Part shown: piece after piece, positions 39,401 through 47,269 of the stretch
Layout of the letters: every line of letters begins with the position of its first letter
Position numbering within the stretch: the stretch's first letter is position 1
Assembly: GCA_020632535.1 (NCBI GenBank)
Contig: JACKFJ010000001.1
Location: 90,890 to 154,889, forward strand
DNA: 64,000 nt
From: Candidatus Omnitrophota bacterium
GTDB taxonomy: Bacteria; Omnitrophota; Gorgyraeia; Zapsychrales; JANLHA01
Reading direction: 5' to 3'
The notes under the pieces: generated by a model
The model's input: only the letters and a program-made list of their open reading frames with translations
Told to the model about the DNA's origin: nothing
Databases searched by the model: none
Translations under genes and position numbers: made by a program

Positions 39401-41744
39401 AGCGACCACGATTCAAAGTCCACAAGAACGCGAGGCTTTTTATGAATTTATTATTAAATTTGGTCGGGATATGGATGGTTTTCCTAATGAGCAGGTGTAC
39501 AACGTGATTAGGAAGCAGCCACTAATTGGCAGAGCTTTAGGAGAAAGTTTTGCGGGAGTTTCGGCTTTAGTTCCGTCAAATACAGTTGCCCAGTATTTCA
39601 AAATGACATTAAATACTGCCGCATTTCAGGTTGATCGGCAAGATTTCAAGAAAGATGGTCGAACAGGTTTTGTTGGTTTAACACCCAAGATTGAATATAC
39701 CGGTGAAGGATTGCGAAAATGGTTTAAACCCAATTCGACGGCATTGCCAAATAATATTGGTGATAATTTTAGGAGTGGAGTTGCTATTGAACCAAGTAAA
39801 ATTGTGTCAAATCGGGAAGTCGCATATTATCTTTGGCGGTATGCGCAATCTGTTCATGGCTTTAAACAGGTGCTTAAAGATTTTTTGGGCAATGATGTTC
39901 AAGATACTTATTTTTTGATTGATTTGCGCGGTGGACATTCTTTGGCTACGGCAGCCTATTTAAAAACATTGGGTGTTGATGTCGCTTATCAGCTGCCCAA
40001 GACAACCGCAAATCCTAAAAGTTTGGCAGTGTTGGCAGGGTTATTGCGTGTGCCATTTTCACAAGCAATCGATGCAAGGAAGAACAGTATTGCGACTGTT
40101 TTTGATAGTATGCGAACCGTGGAGTTGGGAGGATATGCTGTTGATTCGTCTATGGTACCAACAGCAGGATATTTACAGCGGCGGGGTATTAAACGGATTG
40201 TGCATATTAGTCAAAATGCAACCGGGGAGTATTTGAATCAAGGTTCAGGCTATGCTGATTTACGCGCGGTTAAAGAACAATATGAAAGGGCGGGAATAGA
40301 AAATCGATTTTTTGGTGTGGATGATGTCGCATTATATTCCAAGAGCAGTGAGGATCTTTTTGCTGACGATATTCATGTTTTTATTCATTCGATTTATGGT
40401 TATTTAGAAGCGGGCGCGTTTTTGGGTAAAAATTTCTTTGATTTGTCGTCCATAATGATTAACAATCGTCCGCCAACTCGTACTCAATGGGTTGACTTAT
40501 CTCAAAATCTTCCTAAGGATGTCGACCCCAAAAAATCAGCCTCAAGCAGTGTGATCGGTACAGGTCAAGAGGGTGATGACTTTGACCTTAGCGCGGCGGA
40601 TTCTTTAGCTAAATTAGTCAATGGTGAAATGACTGCAATGCAAAACGAGGCATATGAGATGGCCTTATTAGATTTTGTAAAACTCATGAAGGTTCAATTT
40701 ATTGATCGAAAGATTGATCAAATTGCGACTCCGGACGAAATCGCTGGTGTTTTTAAAGATGTTAGACGTTTTATAAGTTTATCAAAGGAAAGGTCACAGT
40801 CTTCACAATTACAATCGACTACTTTTGAGGAGCGTATCGATTCTTTTTTTACAGCATTGCAGTTAAGTCAACTTTCTTCGAATACAAATGCGCGAGGGAT
40901 CAAATTAGGAGAGTATGTGTGGGCGTCTCTTCGTACGGTCGCTGAACAATTAAATCCAACGTCTAAGAATTCGCGAGACGTTGAGAGTATTGCGTTACTT
41001 CCAGATGCGATTTACCGGGAATTTACAGGGAGATCTAAAAGCGATTTGTTAGATTCATTAATTGAATTTTACATTGCGCTATCTGACCCTTTATTGGTTG
41101 CTTCGAGTACGATAGCAGTTCAATACAATCGCAAAGCGGATCAAGTAAATCCCAGCTATGAAAGAAGTGCAAGCACTGCGGGGGAATTGGTTGAACGGAT
41201 TGAAGATATTCTTTCAACGACACGAAAAACAGCCGCTGATCTTAATCGTGCGTATACAGAACGAGATGCGTATGTTTTGCAGCAAGTTGCTGGATTAAGT
41301 GCGGGTAAGTTAGATGATGTGGTGAAACTGGCGCGTTTTAGGGACGCTCTTGATCGATATTTGATTGAGAGTAATGAGGATCATTTAAACGCATTAACAG
41401 GCGAAGGACTTTTGCGTTGGCTCAAAGCAAACGGCATTATCGATGGTCGTATTCGCAGAGATTTGGATACGCCGCCGGATTTAGAAGACACTATAGCGTC
41501 GAGTGCGACAAAGAGTTCGGACGCAACAAAGGGTGGTATCGACTTTGACCCCACACTTTTGAATTTGCAGATCAAGCGTGATGGTCGGGGTGTCGCATTG
41601 CCTTTGCCTCAGCAAGATCTCGAGCATATCAATATCAAAGGTTTTTATCCTGTTATCATCAATATTCAACCTTTGAATATTCAAACATTACCTATTCTTG
41701 GTTTTTTGAATAATCCTCCAGAAGTCGCCCTTTCCAAAGGGTAA
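36495..41744 (+). CDS. Giant (1749 aa) secreted or anchored multidomain protein with an embedded protein-kinase-like domain
   Basis: RBS AAGGAG (36482-36487) precedes GTG 36495. The N-terminal signal/anchor is IVSILLLLTFGLSMGIAPAGA|Q. The frame is uninterrupted for 5.25 kb and the kinase motifs are listed in the next feature. Most of the protein matches nothing I recognise. Confidence 0.6.
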   Translation: MLKPFYRKSAYIFRKIVSILLLLTFGLSMGIAPAGAQILPNLPTPGQMLWLSPVYEPPVLRGMTVHPENPLLLDFIVDRGQDKINNDLLRDESTKLIKYFLTSMTIPDKDAWVNLSPYEKDRIIPDALGQTEMGRQMLEQDYILKQLSASLTNPDKELGQKFWKEVRARAQKHFGTTEIPLNTFSKVWIVPDGATVVEKDGFAYITESKLKVMLDQDYVAQNINPIASTEGARQSPSIEIASSSVTPRNGIENVSTAVFREMILPQLNKEINTGKNFSATRQVYQSVILAAWYKKALKDSLLGRIYADKSKVEGVESDVQDIKQKVYDQYLEAFKKGVYNVIKEEDGFDGDLIPRKYFSGGMELGMNLNSDQLRITRGSSAVYQVATEMNTAGDGIVVVNANLAETEREAVEINDKAASRWAAKEIPVEFRLSFKDAVRKVSGLTFIYPEDYRSSYIFSVGESLVDQQKFTKIADLLGQDNRGQVIEETYKAFERQTLSVINEVDQRDIKSAIGYFVDAIKEYNTPQVIESESGLVFQFHRISELFESDRAYLIPIVEKFVAQEVANRPELQNNRIVDVEKMKPGSPGTSIYLINWGGQKYIIKSRPIKTLVKFGEFTENKYLTNQVEILTKLNANGGNEHIAKLVSFGTVAGQEYLVTNYLPGQSLLSKVRSEGPQSVQNTVKIAVELAKALEFVHAKGIVYRDLAARNIQVGPDNFVYLYDFDVSSDVDYDWTIDAYKLRDVTSLTDFSEEGFEITAQSFDVQQDIANIGAVLFRTASGKLLINISDISESTIENAALRKIILRSVAPRANRYKNVSDMLADLETLQKSLPVTQGIEETALGVSSSTLSDETIAATHSRIASSGVGKSASDPANSIVSKIEELGIRQEILTFIHKHLSSLGEMNKDQILAILAEAPYVGRDWQAIYQNSLRVNSETANLDLVTLLTKVYKLLILNVLDNFGSIAAQLATTIQSPQEREAFYEFIIKFGRDMDGFPNEQVYNVIRKQPLIGRALGESFAGVSALVPSNTVAQYFKMTLNTAAFQVDRQDFKKDGRTGFVGLTPKIEYTGEGLRKWFKPNSTALPNNIGDNFRSGVAIEPSKIVSNREVAYYLWRYAQSVHGFKQVLKDFLGNDVQDTYFLIDLRGGHSLATAAYLKTLGVDVAYQLPKTTANPKSLAVLAGLLRVPFSQAIDARKNSIATVFDSMRTVELGGYAVDSSMVPTAGYLQRRGIKRIVHISQNATGEYLNQGSGYADLRAVKEQYERAGIENRFFGVDDVALYSKSSEDLFADDIHVFIHSIYGYLEAGAFLGKNFFDLSSIMINNRPPTRTQWVDLSQNLPKDVDPKKSASSSVIGTGQEGDDFDLSAADSLAKLVNGEMTAMQNEAYEMALLDFVKLMKVQFIDRKIDQIATPDEIAGVFKDVRRFISLSKERSQSSQLQSTTFEERIDSFFTALQLSQLSSNTNARGIKLGEYVWASLRTVAEQLNPTSKNSRDVESIALLPDAIYREFTGRSKSDLLDSLIEFYIALSDPLLVASSTIAVQYNRKADQVNPSYERSASTAGELVERIEDILSTTRKTAADLNRAYTERDAYVLQQVAGLSAGKLDDVVKLARFRDALDRYLIESNEDHLNALTGEGLLRWLKANGIIDGRIRRDLDTPPDLEDTIASSATKSSDATKGGIDFDPTLLNLQIKRDGRGVALPLPQQDLEHINIKGFYPVIINIQPLNIQTLPILGFLNNPPEVALSKG
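37169..37243. repeat. Repeat family A copy embedded in-frame in the giant gene
   Basis: cattgcgagcaccgaaggtgcgcggcaatc...gagattgcttcgtcgtctgtgactcctcgcaatgg aligns end to end with copy 1 (6198-6270), with the same CATTGCGAG/CTCGCAATG termini and GCAATC/GATTGC inner stem. It is 75 bp (25 codons) and is translated as IASTEGARQSPSIEIASSSVTPRNG. Confidence 0.65.
38220..38900 (+). other. Protein-kinase-like domain inside the giant protein (approximate bounds)
   Basis: KYIIK (Lys604, 38304-38306), an alphaC-like NQVEILTKL, the catalytic loop YRDLAARN (38601-38624) and DFD in place of DFG (38661-38669). Confidence 0.6.
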
Positions 41745-41765
41745 TATAACCCCACTGATCCAAGA

Positions 41766-41793
41766 TTGACAAAACCATCTTCTTACGTATAAT
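41766..41793 (+). promoter_or_regulatory. Consensus sigma70-type promoter for pgk-tpiA-secG
   Basis: Perfect TTGACA (41766-41771), a 16-nt spacer and a perfect TATAAT (41788-41793), about 40 nt upstream of ATG 41834. AAAGGA RBS. Confidence 0.6.
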
Positions 41794-41833
41794 ATTGGAA
41801 TTCTTTGAGCCGTAAACTGTAAAGGACGCTGCT

Positions 41834-43018
41834 ATGAATAAACTCACTGTTAAAGATTTAGATCTTAAGGGTAAAAAGGTTCTTATCCGCGTGGACTTCA
41901 ATGTCCCGCTTGATGATAAGTTAAATATTACTGATGATCGCCGGATTACGGAAGCTGTCGCGACCATAGACTATGTTTTAAAACAAGGCGCGGCAAAAGT
42001 TATTTTGATGAGCCATTTAGGTCGTCCCGAAGGCCAAGTTGTTGAAAATCAGAGACTTGCGCCGGTAGGGAAACGTCTTGAAAAGTTGTTGAGTCAAAAA
42101 GTCCTCTGCACTAAAGATTGTGTTGGACCGGAAGTCAAAAAAGCGATTGAATTAAGCCAAGAAAAAGTTATTCTCCTCGAAAACTTACGTTTCCATAAAG
42201 CTGAAACCAAAAATGATCCCGAATTTGCCAAACAGCTCGCGTCGCTCGCTGATGTTTTTGTCAATGACGCGTTTGGCACGTCACATCGCGCGCATGCTTC
42301 CACGCACGGAGTAACACAGTATTTAAAATCCGCGGCGGGTTTTCTCCTCGAGAAAGAAATCAATTATTTAGGCAAAGCCATCGATAATCCAGCTCGTCCA
42401 TTTGTTATTATTTTAGGTGGTGCCAAGGTTTCGGATAAAATCGCTCTTATTGAAAACATGTTGCCTAAGGTCAATGCCATTATCATTGGCGGCGGAATGG
42501 CGTACACATTTTTAAAATCGCAGGGGAAAGAAATAGGAACTTCACTTCTTGAAGCAGACAAAGTTAGTGTTGCTAAAGATCTTTTGGAAAAAGCTCAGAA
42601 AGCCAATGTTAAGATTGAGTTGTCACGGGATTTTGTGGTTGTCAAAGATTTTAAAAATCCTGCAGAACTTAAGATTGTCAAAGACATTGAGCCCGGTTGG
42701 TCAGGTGTTGATATTGGACCAGAAACACGAAAAGCGTTCAAAGCGGTTTTATCAACAGCTAAGACCATTGTTTGGAACGGGCCGGTTGGGGTTTTTGAAG
42801 TTAAGGAATATTCTGATGGAACCCGCGAACTTGCGGAGTATGTTTCTAGCCTCAAAGGCGTGACGAGCATCGTCGGTGGCGGAGATACTGCCGCGGCTGT
42901 CGCGAAATTTAACTGCGAAGCCGGTATGACACATATTTCAACGGGTGGTGGTGCTTCGCTTGAACTATTAGAGGGGAAAGTTCTTCCGGGCATTGCCGCA
43001 TTAACTGACAAAAAATAG
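41834..43018 (+). CDS. pgk: Phosphoglycerate kinase
   Basis: KVLIRVDFNVP, MSHLGRP, LENLRFH, FGTSHRAH, GGGDT, STGGGASLE. Confidence 0.95.
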   Translation: MNKLTVKDLDLKGKKVLIRVDFNVPLDDKLNITDDRRITEAVATIDYVLKQGAAKVILMSHLGRPEGQVVENQRLAPVGKRLEKLLSQKVLCTKDCVGPEVKKAIELSQEKVILLENLRFHKAETKNDPEFAKQLASLADVFVNDAFGTSHRAHASTHGVTQYLKSAAGFLLEKEINYLGKAIDNPARPFVIILGGAKVSDKIALIENMLPKVNAIIIGGGMAYTFLKSQGKEIGTSLLEADKVSVAKDLLEKAQKANVKIELSRDFVVVKDFKNPAELKIVKDIEPGWSGVDIGPETRKAFKAVLSTAKTIVWNGPVGVFEVKEYSDGTRELAEYVSSLKGVTSIVGGGDTAAAVAKFNCEAGMTHISTGGGASLELLEGKVLPGIAALTDKK

Positions 43019-43131
43019 CTGTCATTCATATGTTTTTATTTTATGTCATTCTCGTAATCTTTTAGCGGGAATCTAATAATGGATCCCCGATAAAAGATTA
43101 CGGGTATGACAATAGCGTTGGGGATGACAAT
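43019..43131. repeat. Repeat family B, copy 2 (composite, with extra terminal fragments)
   Basis: The core at 43043-43113, tgtcattctcgtaatcttttagcgggaatctaataatggatccccgataaaagattacgggtatgacaat, matches copy 1. An extra left-end-like fragment (ctgtcattcatatgtttttat) lies at 43019 and a duplicated right end (agcgttggggatgacaat) at 43114-43131. Confidence 0.8.
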
Positions 43132-43149
43132 AACATAAGGAAATAATTT

Positions 43150-43914
43150 ATGCGAAAAATCATTATTGCTGGTAATTGGAAAATGTATAAGACCTCATTT
43201 GAGGCTGTTGAGCTTGTCAATGAACTCAAAAGAACATTAGGTGATATGAGCGAAGTGGATGTTGTGGTGTGTCCACCGTTTACCGCGCTCGTGGAAGTCA
43301 AAGACGTCATTAGTGAAAGCAATATTGGTTTGGGAGCACAAAATATATATTGGGAAGAATTCGGCGCATTTACCGGTGAGGTGTCCGCCCCAATGCTGAC
43401 AGCGATTGGTGTGCAATATGTTATTATTGGCCATTCCGAGCGCCGCCAATTTTTTGGTGAAACCGATGCTACTGTAAATAAAAAGATCAAAGCCGCGTTA
43501 AAGCATGCTCTTATTCCTATTGTTTGTGTTGGTGAAGTGCTAGCGGAAAGAGAAGCAGGCAAAACTTTTGCGGTGATTGAGAAACAATTAGAAGGTTCTC
43601 TTGCGGGATTTACTGCCGAAGAAATTGAAAACGTGGTTTTGGCTTATGAACCAGTCTGGGCAATCGGCACGGGTAAAACCGCGACTCCAGTTCAGGCGCA
43701 GGAAGTGCATAAATTTATCCGTGATTGGTTGACCAAGAAATTTGATGCCGCTATCGCCAACAAAGTTCGCATTCAATACGGCGGCAGTGTCAAGCCGGAG
43801 AATACCGCGGAGTTGATTGGACAGCCTGATATTGATGGCGCATTAGTCGGCGGTGCAAGTTTAAAGAGCGAGACATTTAGTCAGATTGTAAAAAACTGTT
43901 TGGCTTTAAAATAA
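43150..43914 (+). CDS. tpiA: Triosephosphate isomerase
   Basis: IIAGNWKM, IIGHSERR, YEPVWAIGTG, YGGSV. Confidence 0.95.
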   Translation: MRKIIIAGNWKMYKTSFEAVELVNELKRTLGDMSEVDVVVCPPFTALVEVKDVISESNIGLGAQNIYWEEFGAFTGEVSAPMLTAIGVQYVIIGHSERRQFFGETDATVNKKIKAALKHALIPIVCVGEVLAEREAGKTFAVIEKQLEGSLAGFTAEEIENVVLAYEPVWAIGTGKTATPVQAQEVHKFIRDWLTKKFDAAIANKVRIQYGGSVKPENTAELIGQPDIDGALVGGASLKSETFSQIVKNCLALK

Positions 43915-43917
43915 TTT

Positions 43918-43986
43918 TGTCATCCCCGAATGTTTTTATCGGGGAATCACTAATAGATTCCCGCTAAAAGATTGCGGGAATGACAC
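43918..43986. repeat. Repeat family B, copy 3 (inverted orientation)
   Basis: ttgtcatccccgaatgtttttatcggggaatcactaatagattcccgctaaaagattgcgggaatgacac. Its reverse complement aligns with copies 1 and 2. Confidence 0.85.
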
Positions 43987-44001
43987 TTGGAAAGGGAAAT
44001 T

Positions 44002-44424
44002 ATGACTTTTATTTTGATCATACATTCGTTGGTGTGTGTATTGTTGGTTGTTGTGATTTTAATGCAAGCAGGACGCGGGGGAGGATTGACAGAAAGTTTT
44101 GCTGCTGCTGAAAGCGTGTTCGGTGCTCGGACGAATGAATTTATGGTACGCGCCACCGCGGTGCTTGCGGTTGTTTTTTTAGTGACGAGTTTAGGTTTAG
44201 CCCACATGTCTGCCCGTCGGGATCAGTCGCTTATGGATCGTTTGATGGACAAAAGCAAAAATCCTGATATTAAAATCAATATTCCTATGGATGATACCAA
44301 AGCCGGTGATGAGACATCTGCTCCAGCGCTGAAAGATGAAAAAGCTGCGGCCGCATCTTCAGTCACATTAGACGCTTCTGCTCCGGTTGCGACATCATCA
44401 ACGCCGTCTGACGAAAAGAAGTAG
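44002..44424 (+). CDS. secG: Preprotein translocase subunit SecG (with an extended acidic/Ala-rich tail)
   Basis: ATG 44002 follows an AAGGGA RBS. MTFILIIHSLVCVLLVVVILMQAGRGGGL plus a second TM segment is the SecG pattern, and the pgk-tpiA-secG order is common in bacteria. Confidence 0.8.
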   Translation: MTFILIIHSLVCVLLVVVILMQAGRGGGLTESFAAAESVFGARTNEFMVRATAVLAVVFLVTSLGLAHMSARRDQSLMDRLMDKSKNPDIKINIPMDDTKAGDETSAPALKDEKAAAASSVTLDASAPVATSSTPSDEKK

Positions 44425-44469
44425 ATTCTGTGGACATGCGTTCACAGGACAAATCGGTTTGATTTGCCC

Positions 44470-46200
44470 ATGCCTTATTGCGCTCAGAATATTAAAACTT
44501 CCTTTTTTACCATTTTGTTTGTTTTTTTGTTTACTGTTTGTCTGCCGGTTTCGGCACACTGCGCCGAATTATCCCGTTATGGTGGGACATTAATTCTTTC
44601 CTCGACTTCAGATCCCAAATCGTTTAACGATATTACCGCAAAAGAATCTTCCACCCGTTCTGTGACAGGTTATATTTTTGAAGGTTTAACGACTATGAAT
44701 GCCGTGACCACACAAATTGAACCAGCCTTGGCAGAGCGGTGGGATGTTAGTCCCGATGGGCACATATGGACTTTTTATTTGCGTCCCGGTGTGAAATGGA
44801 ATGATGGGCAACCCTTTACGGCGGATGATGTGGTTTTTACCTTCAATGATTTGATTTACAATGATGAGATCGCGAGTTCCGCGCGTGACATTTTTACGAT
44901 TGAAAAGCAAATTTTTAAAGTTGAGAAAATTAATGATTTGACGGTCAAGTTTACTCTGCCTGTTAAGTTCGCGCCTTTTTTAAACGCTTTAGGGCAATCG
45001 ATTTTGCCAAAGCATAAGCTTGCGCAATCAGTTAAGGAGAAGAAATTCAATTTTACTTGGGGTATTGATACCGCCCCAACAGAAATCGTTGGGACGGGAC
45101 CTTTTAAGTTGGCGTCGTATCGTCCCGGGGAACGTTTTGTATTAACGCGCAATCCATTGTATTGGAAAAAAGCCCTTAATGGCGAGTCTTTACCCTACCT
45201 AGACCGCATTATTTATATCATCACACAAAATCAAGATACCGCTATGCTCAAGTTTATTGATGGAGAAGTAGATTATATTTCTCTACGCGGTTCTGAGTAC
45301 CCGCTTATTAAGCCTTTGGAGAAAAAGGGAAACTTTACCGTTTTTGATTCTGGGCCTGATTTTGGCAGTAGTTTTATTGTTTTTAATCAAAATACCAGCT
45401 TGAATTCTAAAACACAAAAACCCTTTGTTGATCCGATCAAATCCAAATGGTTTTTAGATATTAATTTTCGACGGGCTGTGGCACACGCGATTGATAAGGC
45501 GAAAATGATCGAAATTCTTATGAACGGTCTTGGTTATCCTCAGGATTCGGACATGAATAAGAGTGCTGGTTTTTTTTATAATCCTCATGTGAATGTTTAT
45601 GATTATGATTTGGTTAAGGCAAAAAAAATTCTTGCGGATTCGGGTTATGTTGATCGCAATGGCGACGGATGGATTGAAGATCAAGATGGCCACACGGTGG
45701 AATTTAATTTGGCGACGAATTCAGGAAATAATGAGCGCGTGCAGATTGCGAGCATTATTCGTCGTGATTTGCAGTCCATTGGGATGAAAGTTAATTTTAC
45801 CGCTTTAGAATTTAACACACTGGTCACAAAACTCAACGCTACGTTTGATTGGGACGCGATTGTCTTAGGATTGACTGGCGGCATTGAACCACATTTTGGT
45901 AAGAATGTTTGGCATTCGACGGGAGGTTTACACCTATGGTTTCCATCGCAAAAAATGCCTGCGACGGCGTGGGAAAAAAGGGTGGACGAAATCTTTGATC
46001 AAGGCGTGCAGGAATTAGATCCCAATAAGCGTAAAGTTCTTTATGATGAATTTCAGGTGATCATTTCCAGAGAATTGCCGCTTGTGTATACGGTACTCAA
46101 CAGCAATTTGTACGCGATTCGCAATAAATTCGGGAATTTGAAACCGACCAGTTTTGGCGGCGCATTTCATAACGTGGAAGAAATTTATATTAACCAATAA
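44470..46200 (+). CDS. ABC transporter substrate-binding protein, family 5 (peptide/nickel, OppA/DppA-like)
   Basis: Signal peptide FFTILFVFLFTVCLPVSAHCA. ATG 44470 is preferred over TTG 44464. Family 5 features: ERWDVSPDG..WTF.LRPGVKWNDG.PFTADDV. Confidence 0.85.
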   Translation: MPYCAQNIKTSFFTILFVFLFTVCLPVSAHCAELSRYGGTLILSSTSDPKSFNDITAKESSTRSVTGYIFEGLTTMNAVTTQIEPALAERWDVSPDGHIWTFYLRPGVKWNDGQPFTADDVVFTFNDLIYNDEIASSARDIFTIEKQIFKVEKINDLTVKFTLPVKFAPFLNALGQSILPKHKLAQSVKEKKFNFTWGIDTAPTEIVGTGPFKLASYRPGERFVLTRNPLYWKKALNGESLPYLDRIIYIITQNQDTAMLKFIDGEVDYISLRGSEYPLIKPLEKKGNFTVFDSGPDFGSSFIVFNQNTSLNSKTQKPFVDPIKSKWFLDINFRRAVAHAIDKAKMIEILMNGLGYPQDSDMNKSAGFFYNPHVNVYDYDLVKAKKILADSGYVDRNGDGWIEDQDGHTVEFNLATNSGNNERVQIASIIRRDLQSIGMKVNFTALEFNTLVTKLNATFDWDAIVLGLTGGIEPHFGKNVWHSTGGLHLWFPSQKMPATAWEKRVDEIFDQGVQELDPNKRKVLYDEFQVIISRELPLVYTVLNSNLYAIRNKFGNLKPTSFGGAFHNVEEIYINQ

Positions 46201-46208
46201 TGGTTTGT

Positions 46209-46292
46209 CAGCGGGTCCTGTCGCTTCGGGACTCTACTCGTCCTCGCTAACGCTGCGGGCGAGTAAAGAACTCCCCTTCGCGCCACCCGCTG
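46209..46292. repeat. Structured palindromic element in the oppA-oppB spacer
   Basis: An outer perfect 8-bp stem pairs CAGCGGGT (46209-46216) with ACCCGCTG (46285-46292). A central hairpin pairs TACTCGTCC (46235-46243) with GGGCGAGTA (46257-46265), with one G-U pair. Confidence 0.6.
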
Positions 46293-46303
46293 TAAGGTGA
46301 AAT

Positions 46304-47269
46304 ATGTTTCGATATATTGTAAAACGTCTTATCATCACTTTACCACTTCTGCTCGTCATGTCCTTGCTGACATTTATTCTTATGCAAAAGACATCCGGCA
46401 GTTTTTACGACACCCTTAAGCTCAACCCGCAAATCTCACCGGAAACAATTGAACGTTATATCAAACTCTATCAACTTGATAAGCCGCTGTTCGTGCAATA
46501 TTTCTCGTGGCTCAAGAATCTTTTTCATTTTGAATTTGGATATTCCTTTTTTTATAACATCCCCGTCGTGAATGTCATTGGCGGCAGATTATGGAATACT
46601 TTTATTCTTTCGTTTGCAAGTTTGCTTCTGACTTGGGCGGTCGCGATTCCGCTGGGTATTTACGCGGCCTTGCATCGCAATAAAATCGCGGATCGCGTCA
46701 TTCAGTTTACGTCTTATATCGCGCTTTCCAGCCCCAGTTTCTTTGTAGCCATGCTTTTATTATTCTTTGCCAGTCAAAGCGGAATTCTTCCTCTTGGTGG
46801 AATGCGCAGCGCCAATTACGACGATTTAAATGTCATTCAAAAGTTTTTTGATGTTCTGAGTCATGTTCTTATTCCCGCTCTTGCTTTGTCGATTGCGTCC
46901 ATTGGAGCATTGCAGCGTATTATGCGCGGGAATATGCTTGAAGTTTTAGGTCAGCAATATATTCTCACGGCCCGCGCTAAAGGTTTGCCGGAGAATCGCG
47001 TCATTTATTCGCATGCGTTACGAAATGCTATTAATCCGCTGATTACCATATTTGGCTATGAACTGTCGGGGCTTTTAAGTGGCGCTGCCTTATTGGAAAT
47101 TATTTGCAGCTGGCCGGGTTTAGGCGCGTTAATGCTCACCGCTGTGCGTTCAAAGGATATTTATCTTGTTATGGCAAGTTTTCTCATGAGTGGTTTGCTT
47201 TTGATTATTGGTAATTTGTTGGCTGATATTTTGTTGTCGCGGCTTGATCCGAGGATAAGACATGAATAA
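46304..47269 (+). CDS. ABC transporter permease (OppB/DppB-like)
   Basis: MFRYIVKRLIITLPLLL N-terminus and the EAA-loop region YILTARAKGLPENRVIYSHALRNA. Confidence 0.9.
   Translation: MFRYIVKRLIITLPLLLVMSLLTFILMQKTSGSFYDTLKLNPQISPETIERYIKLYQLDKPLFVQYFSWLKNLFHFEFGYSFFYNIPVVNVIGGRLWNTFILSFASLLLTWAVAIPLGIYAALHRNKIADRVIQFTSYIALSSPSFFVAMLLLFFASQSGILPLGGMRSANYDDLNVIQKFFDVLSHVLIPALALSIASIGALQRIMRGNMLEVLGQQYILTARAKGLPENRVIYSHALRNAINPLITIFGYELSGLLSGAALLEIICSWPGLGALMLTAVRSKDIYLVMASFLMSGLLLIIGNLLADILLSRLDPRIRHE

Noticed and set aside
41692-41967. 91-aa minus-strand ORF overlapping the end of the giant gene, the pgk promoter and the pgk start.
   Set aside because: It lies antisense to two well-supported genes and to a consensus promoter, and has no RBS or recognisable sequence. 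It is a shadow ORF.
42595-43562. Large minus-strand ORFs 42595..43029 (144 aa) and 43098..43562 (154 aa), and similar ones at 6510..7046, 31114..31563, 51137..51637 and 52811..53227.
   Set aside because: Each lies antisense to a gene with strong family motifs (pgk, tpiA, the HpcH aldolase, the priming transferase, the TPR membrane protein, glgC). Their sequences are low-complexity with no recognisable domains.
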